Assembly (NCBI GenBank): GCA_051362555.1 | Contig: CM120640.1 | Location: 16,368,001-16,432,000 of the forward strand | Source: Lingula anatina | Lineage: Eukaryota; Animalia; Brachiopoda | Reading direction: 5' to 3' | DNA: 64,000 bases | The notes under the pieces: generated by a model | The model's input: the letters and a program-made list of their open reading frames with translations, nothing else | Told to the model about the DNA's origin: nothing | Database searches by the model: none | Shown: positions 37,172-49,744 of the stretch, one piece after another | How positions within the stretch are numbered: position 1 is the first letter of the stretch | Layout: each line of letters begins with the position of its first letter | Translations under genes and position numbers: made by a program

Positions 37172-39203
37172 TGTTGGAGGACGGCGTGGCGTCTGGAGAG
37201 GGGGCGATATGGCAAAAAACAGAAATAATATGAAAATTAATCTATACACCTTAACAACCACTTGTGTTATTTTGACAGGTCGCAACACGATCACCTACAT
37301 GTATTGCTGCCTTTAACTAGTTTGATCGATGATTATGCTTTTTATGTGCTTGTCCAATAATACGCGCAGATCTGATTTCTGTACACATACATTTTTAAAA
37401 CAGGTTTTCCGTCCTTTTCATTTCAAATAGGAGTCAAAAGCCTAAAGGAAATCGATAAATCAGCTGTTTCGTTTCGAATTCAATTAGGAAGAAAAGCGAA
37501 AGGGTTAATCTCGAAAATGAACTCGAGATAATTCCATTTCCGCTTGCATAGGATTGTGCAAACCACAGAAACACAGCTACGATATCATTGTTGGGTTCAA
37601 TTTACGAGCACTATGCCCTACATGTAACAGCAAAATTGTCCCGTCCACAATTTAACATTAACATTAACATTAACCGTGAGAAGCGAGCCAAATTTTACAA
37701 TCTCTTGGCAAAAACTCGAATCCGCCAATCTTTATTGACTGCCCTGTCTGTAATGAGGAAGTAAATGCAGGCAATTCTTTGCGTCTCCTGTGGTGACGCC
37801 ATCATTAACAGAAAAAAAGGGTGAAGAATCAATATGAATTGAACAAGTGCTGAGTACTAGACCTATATATTTAACCAAATTCATAATGATAGCCGCGTAT
37901 GAAACCTAAAATGTCAGATAAATCAAGCATACAGTACGAACAAAGGTTCACCCTAAGTGACTGACATTGAATATACTGGATATCGTTTTTGCATAGGAAG
38001 CATAGCTATTATTACGTGAATTAATGTGCAACTTTGACATTACCAGGTTACTATAAATATTTATTTAGTGGACAAAATCAAGAATCATGATGACTGCGCT
38101 CGTTACACCAAGGAACTCTGTTTTGTGTTACGATCGTAAAAGAGGTATTTATTGAACAAAAACTGCATACATCTTTCAACCATTCATCTGTTTTGAACAG
38201 CTGTAAATAACCTCGTAGCCTTATGGAATGTTAGATACTCATGGGTTACAAAAACCGAAGCATAGTTGACAAATACAACGGTGTCTCCTTTGCAAGTAGG
38301 GGTTATAATTAGTTCTATCTTGCCTAAGAGGTTCGGGTGGATCAAGGGGGTACTGTAGTTTCCCTTGTTGTGCGATAGTTTTCATCATTGTGTACATTTA
38401 TTGAAGTACGATATGTACATATAATGGAGTGTGTGTGATAAGACGCTAAATCCATTTTAGTAACACTTCACCCCCCCCCCACCCCCTCCCCAAAAAAAGA
38501 ATAATAATAAAATCCAGGTGACACACTACAACACTCCATTTGACAACGTGTGCATAATTATCTGTCGACGTCTAATTAAAAATAAACGCAGAAAAAAAAC
38601 CCGAAAATGTGAACCTGATCTCTACTTTTTCATTTGTATAATTTATTTGCTCTTTCCTATTGATCTTGAATTCTTCAGCATACAGCCACTGACCCCGTGT
38701 GGTTCGTTCATGTAGAATTTGTTGAATACTGATGCGTATATGAATACGTTCCCGTAAATATGTTTTCGAGATTATATTTTGAATGCTGGAAAATACAATA
38801 TTTTGCTAAAGGAGGGCAAAGGTGATTTTTTTTCAATCGGTTCGCTAGGCCAATGTAGAATACAAATGAAGTAGGCTAGGTCAACTACCGGTATACTATA
38901 CTACATGTATAATGTTTATGGCGCAAATGTTGATATTGCTCAGGTTTGTCGCGTTTCGCTTTCTATACTACTGTAGGAGAGGGAAAAGCGGGTGTATTCC
39001 AAGAGGAGAAGAGCGCGTGGCTCACCCACCCCCACCCCAGCCCCGGGATCCGCCATTTTTAATAGTGCCCGGGTATTCAAAATGTCATGACCGACATCAG
39101 ATGTTGAATGTAGTTTTTATTAACAACATTTTGAATATTGCATGTATCTTTCCCCGGGAAGTTATAACGTCTAAAGCTAGTTTGAATGAAGACCAACAGT
39201 ACG

Positions 39204-39374
39204 CCGGTGTAACGAAACTAAGGGCCCGTGTAACAAAAAAGTCCGCCCTCCATATAGTTATAATGGTTAGGGTTAGTCTGACCTATGTGGGTCAAAATCT
39301 AGGGCGAGGCTCACCTGTACAAATGAATGGGAAGTGGACCCTGTGTTATGGGGGACTCTGTCACATTACACCGG
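39204..39374. mobile_element. Short TIR element (CCGGTGTAA...TTACACCGG) with internal GGTTAGGGTTAG
   Basis: Terminal inverted repeat; a related copy lies at about 56274-56432. Confidence 0.55.
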
Positions 39375-40100
39375 GTGTAGCGTGATTCGTTGTAAACCGT
39401 AGACGTAGTGGAGTGTGGTACGTATTAAAGACCCAGACTTAACTATTACTGTAGGACCTTGTTGGTGAAGTGAATTATTTAATGTTAAAGATGACGTAAT
39501 CGACTGTTTATTTTGAAAGATTAAAAAAAAACGAGTAACAGATCTGTGTGCGTTGCTGTCTACTGCATTGTTATTCACTGCATTATTTCTAACGACACCA
39601 TTTGTCGATCGATCGCTTTTTTACGACCACGATCTTAATAAATGAACAATCGTTATCTGTCCTCAGTGTTTCCTAGGGTATAGTCACATGCACTGTGGAT
39701 TCAATCAATTTAACGCCTTGTGATGTAAACCGGCTACTAAGAGCTACATGTAATATGACTCAATTTAAAGGTGGGCGTCGTTTTCTCGGAAGTTGGATGT
39801 TAAAAGGATCTTTTAAGATCTTTTGTATATAAAAATACAGTGAATGTATTCAAATGACTCTAGTTTGTTGCCTCTAACCATGTCTAGCCCAGCTCCTCGC
39901 TCATATCAAGCTATCTATTCAGCTTTTGTCAATATAAAACTGATTGAATCGAATGTATTTAAGAGTTTCTTTGTGTGATGTGCCTACAAACAATTGTTTA
40001 CACATAAATTAACAACCAATTCCTCTTGAAGTCCAGAGCTTCCAGCCCCCACGAGCATTCTTCCAGGTCAAGCAAGTTCAATAAAAATGTATACCGCGGC

Positions 40101-40148
<48 letters not shown>
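40101..40148. repeat. (GT)n(GA)n microsatellite
   Basis: Seen directly. Other simple repeats: (CA)n 42422-42458, (GA)n 47399-47432, poly-G 16978-17008 and 47935-47976, (AT)n 49706-49742. Confidence 0.95.
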
Positions 40149-40151
<3 letters not shown>

Positions 40152-41133
40152 TGAGTTGTGTGATTGCTTTGCGTCTGCGTGCGCTGTGTGTGCTTGTGTG
40201 TGATTATGTGCCTGCGTGTGTACGTGTTAATGCATTTGTGAACTTTACTTACAATGCCATTAAGCGGTGATTAAGGGCTAAGACTTCTTAGACGTCTAAG
40301 GCATGTTTGTATTTATAAACAATTTTTCTCTGACTATATACGATAAAAGTCGATATACCTGGCAGCCGTGAGCTGTATGCTTGGGATATTAGGTAGGTTG
40401 CCAGACTGAGAATAAATATATTACCACTACAAACGGGGGCTTGTGATCGTGACATGGGTAAGAACTGTCATTATGTTTACCTGCTCGTTATGTACGCACG
40501 TTCAATACCTTGAAAAGAAGAAAATGATGTTCTTAACGTGTGTCTGTCTCAACCAAACCTCAATTTACCCTGCATCGATTGTGAGTATGAAAGTATGATT
40601 GGAAACGTGTATTAACCGAAAAAATCCCCTCGAAGATACATAATGATGTCATTTCCCTCTATATTTTCACTTTTGCTTTTGCACTTCGCTGTATGGATGT
40701 CACCTGCATACATACATACATGTACATGTATGTCTGATATGTAGCAGCGTAAATCAGAGCGAATGTATTAGAAATTTCTTGACTAAATGTTAAAAGACAC
40801 TGGTTATATAAATCAACGGATCGGCAAATTTTCTATCTCACAGGTGTATGTGAGTTTTTCGGAGCTCCGTGTAGCTTACCGGCTGTGGTGTCTTTATGTG
40901 GGATTATATGCCATCGGCTTCGCAAATTCAAATATAATATCACTGATACCGTTACATATTATGCAATTTAGTACTCATCAGGCCTACCAATAATAAACTC
41001 CCACCTAGACTAAGAGCAAAGACAAACAGGGCTAAAACATTTTAATCAGATGCAGTTCACATCATATTGCCTCACTCCTAAAATGATACTTAACAATTTG
41101 TCAGCAGGTAAAGCATTAACAAAGAAATCTTAC

Positions 41134-41377
41134 CGCCATCATTTCTGTGCAAATATTCAAGAGCCTGGCAACTGAGTTATTTCAATGCTGTAAAATTCTC
41201 TCTAAGAACCTGGAATACATGTACTCACCAAAATCCTTTTATTTGATGAATGACTGCTATAATTCTTGAAAAAAATATACCTGAATGTGAATGGCTTATA
41301 ATAAAACACGTGTTCGACGTTCTACGGCTCTCAATGCATCTGATCAATGAGGTTGCTTGATGCAGCTTTCTTTTATA
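41134..41377 (-). promoter_or_regulatory. Putative promoter and 5' exons of SLC6 paralog A
   Basis: Minus-strand TATAAAAG at 41370-41377 and a gtgagt donor near 41228. A small exon (about 41134-41188) ends ATG ATG GCG|gtaag and would splice in frame to the acceptor at 37192 (giving [14 protein letters not shown]). Confidence 0.5.
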
Positions 41378-42418
41378 TTCCCACGTGATATGCTGTATGA
41401 CGTAGTACGAGCAAGACCATCTGGCTGATTCACGTTATACACAGAAACAACATTAAGAAGCAAAAGGTTTACTTGATTGCGTACTATTTCGGTGGTGTTT
41501 ATGCGGCCGATTGCACATTAACAAAAGGATATCAAGATCAATCGTTGTTTCACATTAAAAAAAATTCAAAAATAGCTAATATCTCTGTTTCGTTATTCTC
41601 ATTTTACTGATCATTGTAAATGCATTTTCTAGGCCAGGGTTTAAGTATTCGATGTGGCCCTTAATGAGGTTGAGGTGAGCTGATTACGTATTGATCTCAG
41701 TAATAAGCATTGATTAAATGCGGCAAGCAGAGAGACTTTTCCTCTTCACACGTACGTCACGTACGTAGCGATGTATTAGACTTCATATTAAAATGTATGT
41801 GAATTCATATTGGAAAGCTTATTGCAAACCAGGAAGTGAATAGCAATTTAAACGCCGTGCTAAATTTTAACATTTGTATTCTTTGTTTAAACATTTTATG
41901 ACTATAAGACCAGGATTAAGCGATAAGGTACTTTGTATTTTACAAGATTTCATGTAAACAGTGCTTGGAATTGACGTCCATTTTATCAATGGCCGCATTA
42001 GCAACTAAAGTTGATCCGCGGACTAACATATCCATGGACCCATTTGAAAGCTTACCGCTTAATCCCCGCGGGGAATCTTTTCAGGTCTAGCAGGGATTAT
42101 GCAGTAAGCATTCAAGTGGGTCGGCCATATTTGATCCACGGATCTGCTAGTTCGAAGATCAAGTTGTTCAGAATGCGCCTAATGTTTTTATTTCAAAGCA
42201 CCGTGCACACCATCGATTTTAAGGAATTTATGTGAATCATTTCAGGAAGCTCTAAATGGCAGCTCCGTCTGGATTTAAGACTCTGGAGAACTGGCAAAAA
42301 ACATAAGAGCAATATCACAATTTGGGACTTTTTGTCTGTATTAAGCATATTAAATATAATATAGACATGATTTTAGCTCTGTAAAAGGGCCTCTATACGA
42401 TAAGAATGCGGATAGTAT

Positions 42419-42460
<42 letters not shown>

Positions 42461-43564
42461 ATTAGACCTAATTTCATGATTCATATATTCTAAGCTTTTG
42501 AGACGAGGCCTGAAAACGTCATATAACGCCATATAACCTCAAACACTGGCTTATGAAGGTTTCAGCGCACGTTTCTAGATAACAAGATGTATCAATAATG
42601 GATATGTAACGGTGGCTATATCTGCACCCCGAGTTTCCACAGTCACTTCTTTACGTTCTAATAGTAGATAAGTAGAAATTTCGATTAATTCTGAAACACA
42701 GGGTGTCTATCTGTGATCTCGTTGCAGATTAAAGCACAGTAGCACTGAAATGGTGGATTTTCCTGCATAAACAGAGAGCTGAGTGATAGCCGCTGCTGCT
42801 CTCATTGCGTCTGCAGGTTTATAAATAGCTATGTCGCAGTTATATAAGAATAAAGAGGCATATCATTTTTTAGATTGACTAGTATTATTAATAATCATAG
42901 CATAATTGAACGTTTTTTAATTTATAATTAATTTACTTATTCGTGTATTTATTGTTGCCGTTGTTTGAACTGTATGTCTCCTCGATAGAACAAAGACTTT
43001 CCATCCACGCTGCGAATTAAATATCACATTCAGGCAGAAACTCTACTTTTGCTTCTGTGAATATCGTATCAGCAACATTCCGGTAAATGCTTCTCAAGAA
43101 TTTAGTCCAATGGTCAAACAGAAGGCACAGAGAGGCCTTCAAAAAATTAAGATAGTGCGTCGTCGAGAAGAGCCATGAAACATCATACTGTACTCCAGTT
43201 ATTGGTGAATCTATATGTGGTCTCTTTTATTTCTTACAAAAAAGGGGGTGCCCTTCAGGTGCCCTTTAGAACGTATTCATTATGAATCTATTAGAGAGTC
43301 ACATAATGCTGTTTTTTCACCTATTACGTTTGTAGAGACTTTGAACGATCTTAGATGTAGACCCGCTGCGTTTAACTCCTCTGCGGATAAAATTCTTAGA
43401 AAATGTGGTTTTGAGTTTAATCAAAGGGAATAGTGTCTAAGTCTGTGGATCATATTAAATTTGCTTATCGTTCAAACAGGAATGTCGAGGACAAATCAAC
43501 TGATTAACTGATATTTGCACACTGCGCTGCTGGGCCTATACAATAAAACTCGTATGCTAGGGTT

Positions 43565-43699
43565 TGTGACAACCCGATATGTCCGACAGGCCAGATATGC
43601 CCTACGACCAGAGAAGGCCAGATATGTCCGACAAAAAAGAGCCAGATGTGTCCGACAGGCCAGACATATCTGGCCTGTCGGACATATCGGGTCGTCACA
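43565..43699. mobile_element. 135-bp TGT...ACA element with 5-bp TSD (Ginger-like MITE)
   Basis: GGGTT TSD on both sides; 35-bp TIR TGTGAC(A/G)ACCCGATATGTCCGACAGGCCAGATATG; internal repeats of GCCAGATATGTCCGACA. Confidence 0.7.
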
Positions 43700-44592
43700 G
43701 GGTTTCATTTTTACATTAGGGTTTAATGAGTTATAGTTCTGTTTTTACACTGTTATGAAAAAAATGACTTTCATGACATAGACAATGAGAGAGTTTTAAT
43801 AAGCTTTCCCAGCTGTGTAATTAAGAACGGTCTTGCCTTTGGTATTAGCACCTTGTATGTCAGGGCTACAGTGGAGGGACGGAAAAACTCACAATTGGAT
43901 TGTATATCATAAAAGACAGAATGGAGAACACAACAAAACAAATTACGAGGGGGGTCTCACCATCCAGGTATATTCTTTTATTGTTGTATTCCTACCAAGA
44001 ATACAACAAGCAAAAGTAGAGGATACAGTTTTAAAGTACACGTAATTTTAATCCAAGCATAAGTAGAGTAAATAGTTTTTAAGTACACGTAGTTTTTATC
44101 CATATGCAGTACCAAATATTTATTCCACCTTTTAGCTTAATTGATTACTACTTTATTATGCTTAGTTGTATATTTGAATTCTTAGCCCACAAAGGAAAAC
44201 TATTTCTGAAATTTATATTTTTATTGGATGAGTAAATTTTAAGATAAAACTGCATTTGTATGGGAGCATTGGGCAAATAAGAATACACAGCATCTCTGCT
44301 TTATCTCTATGCCCCTCCATTCCCTCCACTTATTTGATTCTCTTAGAGAAGCCCATTTTATACCTCTCAATAGAGAAAGATTTATTCAAATGATAACAGA
44401 TAAAACACAAACAGCAGAAATTGTGTCGAATACACGTTAATGCGTAGAGTTTTCAACTCTGCGCTGTTAACGTTTTCTCCAATTTTATTTCTGAATATAG
44501 ATTTTTATCAGACATGTGGCATAACAAAGATTAAACATGGGTGCAAATCCGTTAACGTATTAAGTCTCCTAATAAGATGAACGTCCCTTGAA

Positions 44593-44748
44593 GCGCATTC
44601 AGAACAGCGGACTAACAGGACAGCGGATCAAATATGGCGACCCATTAAAAAGACACTGAATAGTTTCCCCGCGGGGATTACGCAACAAGCATTCAAGCAG
44701 GTCGGCTATATTTAATCCGCGGATCTGTTAGTCCTCTATTCTGAATGC
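44593..44748. mobile_element. Small palindromic MITE
   Basis: GCGCATTCAGAAC.G.GGACTAACAG is mirrored by CTGTTAGTCCTCTATTCTGAATGCG; a related sequence lies at about 42011-42178. Confidence 0.6.
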
Positions 44749-45695
44749 GATCTTGGTCCTGTTCGCGAGAGGAATATTGCGTTAGTTGTCCATCGCATCT
44801 CTCTCATCAACACATTCACTGACTATGAGGCGAAAGTGTGGTGAGATGGCAGATCAATGGTTATACATCAACGACTTCATAAAAGTGCACTGAGTTTGGA
44901 ATGCCGTTTTTTCTTACTGTTTTCTTTTCTTTTTCTTCTATTTTATTATTATTATTATTCTTTTTTTTTTTTTGAGAATAACGTCTCCAAAACTTTTTCA
45001 ACATTAAAACTTTTTACTGTAGATTTTTGACGATTTTTAAAATAAGAATAGCAATATGCAATTTAGATTTTTTTTTGCTAAAATCTATCTCAGAACAAAT
45101 TATTTTTGTTTTCATTTAGATGGAAACAGATATTCACTTATGCTAATTTGAAAATATGAACACCGTTTACTTTACAATAAGTGATGAATATGAAGAATAT
45201 AAGGGTCGATTTATGCGGTATGACGATTTATAAAGATCGAATCATTGGGGATGCATTCCGTATTAAGGAGGCTCTCTCATATTTCAGAATTACCATTTCT
45301 GCCTAGCGATTTCGATAAAAATCTTAAGTTGCACACTATATTGCTCTATTAGGTTTAATGCCTTGTTGTAATCGTATACTAAAAGCGAAATCTGTGCAGA
45401 TAGCAAAAAAAAAAGTAAATATGAGAGAGCCTCCACAAATGGAAGCACAGTAATGAGTTAGCTCGCGTTATGTATTACAAATGGCTTAAATGATATGTCA
45501 AATTCTGTGATGAACGGCCATACCAGCAGAAAACCCCACTCCGAACCGCAAAGCGTTCCGGTTATCAATCCTTATTTTGGCTCACTCATTCTCACTCTGC
45601 AGTCCGTGTAACTGAAATAAGGAATGAGCTGCACGGATTTCAACCATACTGTAACGTTAAGGAGAGATGTCCCCGCAAACATATATCCGTCATTC

Positions 45696-47395
45696 TCAGA
45701 CAACACCGTTAATTTCTTTTTTCTCGTCTGGTAAGCGTATGCTGTCTTCTGGCGCCGTGTACGTGACACAGTTTCCGTTGACCTGAACTCGTCTGTGCTC
45801 ACGCTCCTGTGGATGCCAGTCCAAACTCGGTTGAAGTAACCTCATGAAACGCTGAAAAAGCCGTCATTGTTTTAAGGTTGAATTATTCGTTGCTTTATCT
45901 ATACAAGACCCATTCGTCAAAACTTGCAAAAATAAATTACTTCAGATATATAATGCATTCTTTCCTACACCATCAGCTTTAATTGTTCCTTTGTTTAAGA
46001 ACAGTTTTATTAGTGATTTAAAGTTGTGTGCAATTTATTTTCTGGAAGTTAGAAGGGTAATAAAGTTGAACAGGTTAATGTACTTTTTTTTCCTGAACTT
46101 GACATAGGCACTACTAAAATCGATTTGCATTTTTCGCAATGGAAGTCAGAACGCGACGCAATTGTAACCCTATGTATGAACTGACACAAATCATGTCAAT
46201 CTAATGATTCTCTGCACGCTTCACATAACTAAAACTAGAAACCAACTGCGTGAGAAATTTTTCCATTCTCAAAAATCCACTGCAGAACGCACACGCAATC
46301 GATATCTCGCCTACCATTTTCAAGTTTTCCTCCTTGCTCTGGTAAAGTCTCCAGGCGGCAATTGCTGGAATCGGGATGAGAGGGATGACTGCAACCGTCC
46401 ACCCAAGAGGCTCTGCCCAATCTGGATACTGGTAGCTACCGTAGGTGGGAGCTTTATAGTTGAACAATGTGAACACCAGCAGGAGCTAAAATGATGCAGA
46501 CTTATTATCAAAATTGAAATAAAATCTTCTTATTGTATATGTGGGCAATCGATTAATAAAGTCATGTAGTCTGGGTATTTAAATTTGTTTTGGCATAAAC
46601 TGTATCAATAAAAGTTATCATTTATTAATGGTTTGAAAGTGTTATGTGAAGGAAAAAGCAGCCTGGAAAATAAATACCTGTTCCACAGTAATACGGCCAA
46701 CATTCAAAACACGTGAATGAAAACCTGCTGTATACAGTGCATGTATGAAGAACTGTGAACATATTTAGTTATATGTACGTTTTTTAAAAGTCTAAAAAAT
46801 CAAACGTACTATGGTATTTACTTAAAATGGCATTAATATTGTTTGATATTTACAAATTGATAAATGAATAGGGCCTATAGATAAAAATAGAAATTAAAAA
46901 TCAACTAACCATCAACAAACCGGGGGTGACAGCCCACCAACAGATTTTCCAGAGAATAAACGTAGGTTGTCCCACCATCTGTTCAATATCCTCACAGATC
47001 CTTCTAACACCTAAAATAGAATTTTTTACAATTGTATCGGACATTTGAAGACAAGGTAGAATCAGCTAAGTCAAATCAATTATAAAGATAAACATTTACA
47101 AATATTATACCTAGCTGTCTATAACATCAAGTACAAAATGATACGTCTTCACAAAAAAAAAAAAATAATAAATAAATAAAATAAATAAATAAATAAAAAC
47201 ACAACCAGTGCTGGGATATGTATCGTACATTTGTACATAAGAAAGATATACTTACCATAGATATAGGCCAGAACCACTGACTCAAATATGGCAATGATGA
47301 CGATAGCAATGGCCGCACAATACCAATCCATGAACTGGAACACGTAAATTCCTCCCTAGAAGAAGACATATATTGGTATTTATCTGAGTGTCCTG

Positions 47396-47438
<43 letters not shown>

Positions 47439-47933
47439 TTGAATAACAGTGAGATGAGCTTAATTAGTTTCAAAGCAATGATGAAAGAACTCGAAGCATC
47501 ACTCAAAAACAAACAAAAAAAATGTATATGAGATTTCCAGTCGATTTGAAAATAACTTTCTCATTTCCCGAAAGACTGCTACAGTAAGCTTAAGGTGGTA
47601 AATGTTCAAATATAGGTATTTATTAATTAATATTGGAAATGACGATATCCAAACACTTACATTGGTTACCAATGGGAATCCGATAAAATACATGAGGGCG
47701 CAGACCACGAATGTAAAAAGAGTTCTTCGTTTCCTTAGAAGTTCTGGAAATTCGTCAATAACGCTCCCAGTCAGGGTTTCCAGAGTTACAAACTGTAATA
47801 AAAAGCTGATACTTGTAGCACATATGCATATACATATACATATACATAAACAGTTACATAAACTGGTACATAGACGCCAAACAACGCTACAGTATCAACA
47901 CTTTGTACTTTGTTCAGCAGGAATTCTGAAAAA

Positions 47934-47977
<44 letters not shown>

Positions 47978-49702
47978 ACCTTCCTATCTCTTAAAACCGT
48001 CTGTAGGCCAATGCATACTGTATTTCTAGAAATTTCTAACCCAATCCACGATCAAATAGCACATTCTTTTTCCAATCATTTTCATATTAGATTCTACTGA
48101 AAGTATGGCAAATGAATGTCGTAATACTTGCCTGTGAATCAAGTCCTAGTGTCAGTAGCATCATGAAGAACAAAATTGCCCACAGTGGCGACAATGGCAT
48201 CAGAGCTATAGCCTCTGGGTAGGCTATAAAAGCAAGACCGGGTCCTACAACCAGATGGAACAGATTATGTCTGTACAATAACTTGCATTGATTCCTAAAC
48301 ACAATTGCATTTGCTTGCAGATAGTGTTCTTAGTTAAGTTTCGCTAGTTTTATGCCTATAACCGAAACACCGTTATGTTATTTAAGGTATTCTAGAAAAA
48401 ATAATTTCAGCACAAAAAAAAAAAAAAAAAGAAAGAAAGAAAAAGAAAAAGGTATATAACTGTAAAAACTTTTGAATGGCAGTTTTGTATAAAGATTAGA
48501 CAATATTAGCGAAATTATTCTCTATCACTTTTTTTTCCTAAATCCTATAAAGTAATAAGGTATATACATAACGTAAAAACGTGATCATAGTGGAGATCCT
48601 AAGCCTAATTTTTTTAAATATGCCGTGGGAATAAGGAACTTAAACTAGCTTTTGGGTTTGAGAAATATCACCTAACGCAGTACACTAGACTGTTACACGC
48701 ACTAACGTGCAACAAGAAGGCAAATGTGTATTTGCGCTAGGGAAACACTTATCAGAGATAATAAACATGTGCAGATAAAGCAAAAGCAATAGCAAAACAC
48801 TCTTTTTACGTTATTAATAAGGTAAACTGACTAAACTACACATTAATTCACACTTAAGATTCAGCGAGGCAGGGGACCGCCTCCCAGGTACGTACCACCA
48901 GCCGGATTTGTGCTTGAAAGTGGCACAATATTAACCATTTTCAGCTGTGAACGTAGATGTATGAGAAGATGAAATTGAAGGCAATAAGATATCTAAAATG
49001 TAAAACAGTTTTGGTTTAGGCATAAAATAGCTGCAATACCTGTCGATAATGCATGAATTTTCTAAAATCATGACAACTTGGTTAATACCCAAATTAGATA
49101 CACTAGCGTTCTATAAATGTTCATGTATTTGAAGTATTATTTTGTAGAAAGAGATGTAGAACAAGCTTTTTGATACTACAAAAATATTCAATTTTGCAAA
49201 GCAAAATCATATTTGAATTCTTAACACGTAACCTCAATAGCAAACAATCTTCAAAGAGGTTGAAGCCAAATGGGAAGGTACATAATGCTGATATTTTGCT
49301 TCTCTTAAACAAAGTGCACTTAAAACTATATATCTTGGCATTTTTCACAAATGTGGTCATAAAAAATAATAGAGGTGCTGAGATTATGCTCACAAAAAGT
49401 CACTTAAATCGGGGCATAACTAAGCTCAACATCTCTACTATATTTTATTAATAACAGAGATATCCAATCCTTATAATTGCAAGCATACTACATATGTCAA
49501 GGCATACAACTACTTGCACATTGAATGGCAAATTAAGGCTTTTTACAGGATTTCAAAGAGGTTCATAAGCTTTCTATGTGTATCATGCGATGAAAGATGA
49601 TCTCAACAAACGTAGAGACGAAAGTTAAGCAAATCGACATTTTGTGCTCATATTTGTGTTTCACAAGATATAATCTCATTGTTTATAAGCGTCGTCGCAC
49701 TG

Positions 49703-49744
<42 letters not shown>

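Noticed and set aside
36954-37316. Plus-strand ORFs antisense to SLC6 exons (also 53470-53805, 60457-60768, 31220-31453, 46204-46494)
   Set aside because: They are shadow frames of GC-richer coding exons on the opposite strand.
38912-39385. 157-aa plus-strand ORF
   Set aside because: It runs through repeat fragments, has no domain, and shows no splice context.
47935-47976. Poly-G tract as a poly-Gly coding region or functional G-quadruplex
   Set aside because: It is an intronic homopolymer, probably from a repeat remnant, and its length is unreliable in assemblies.
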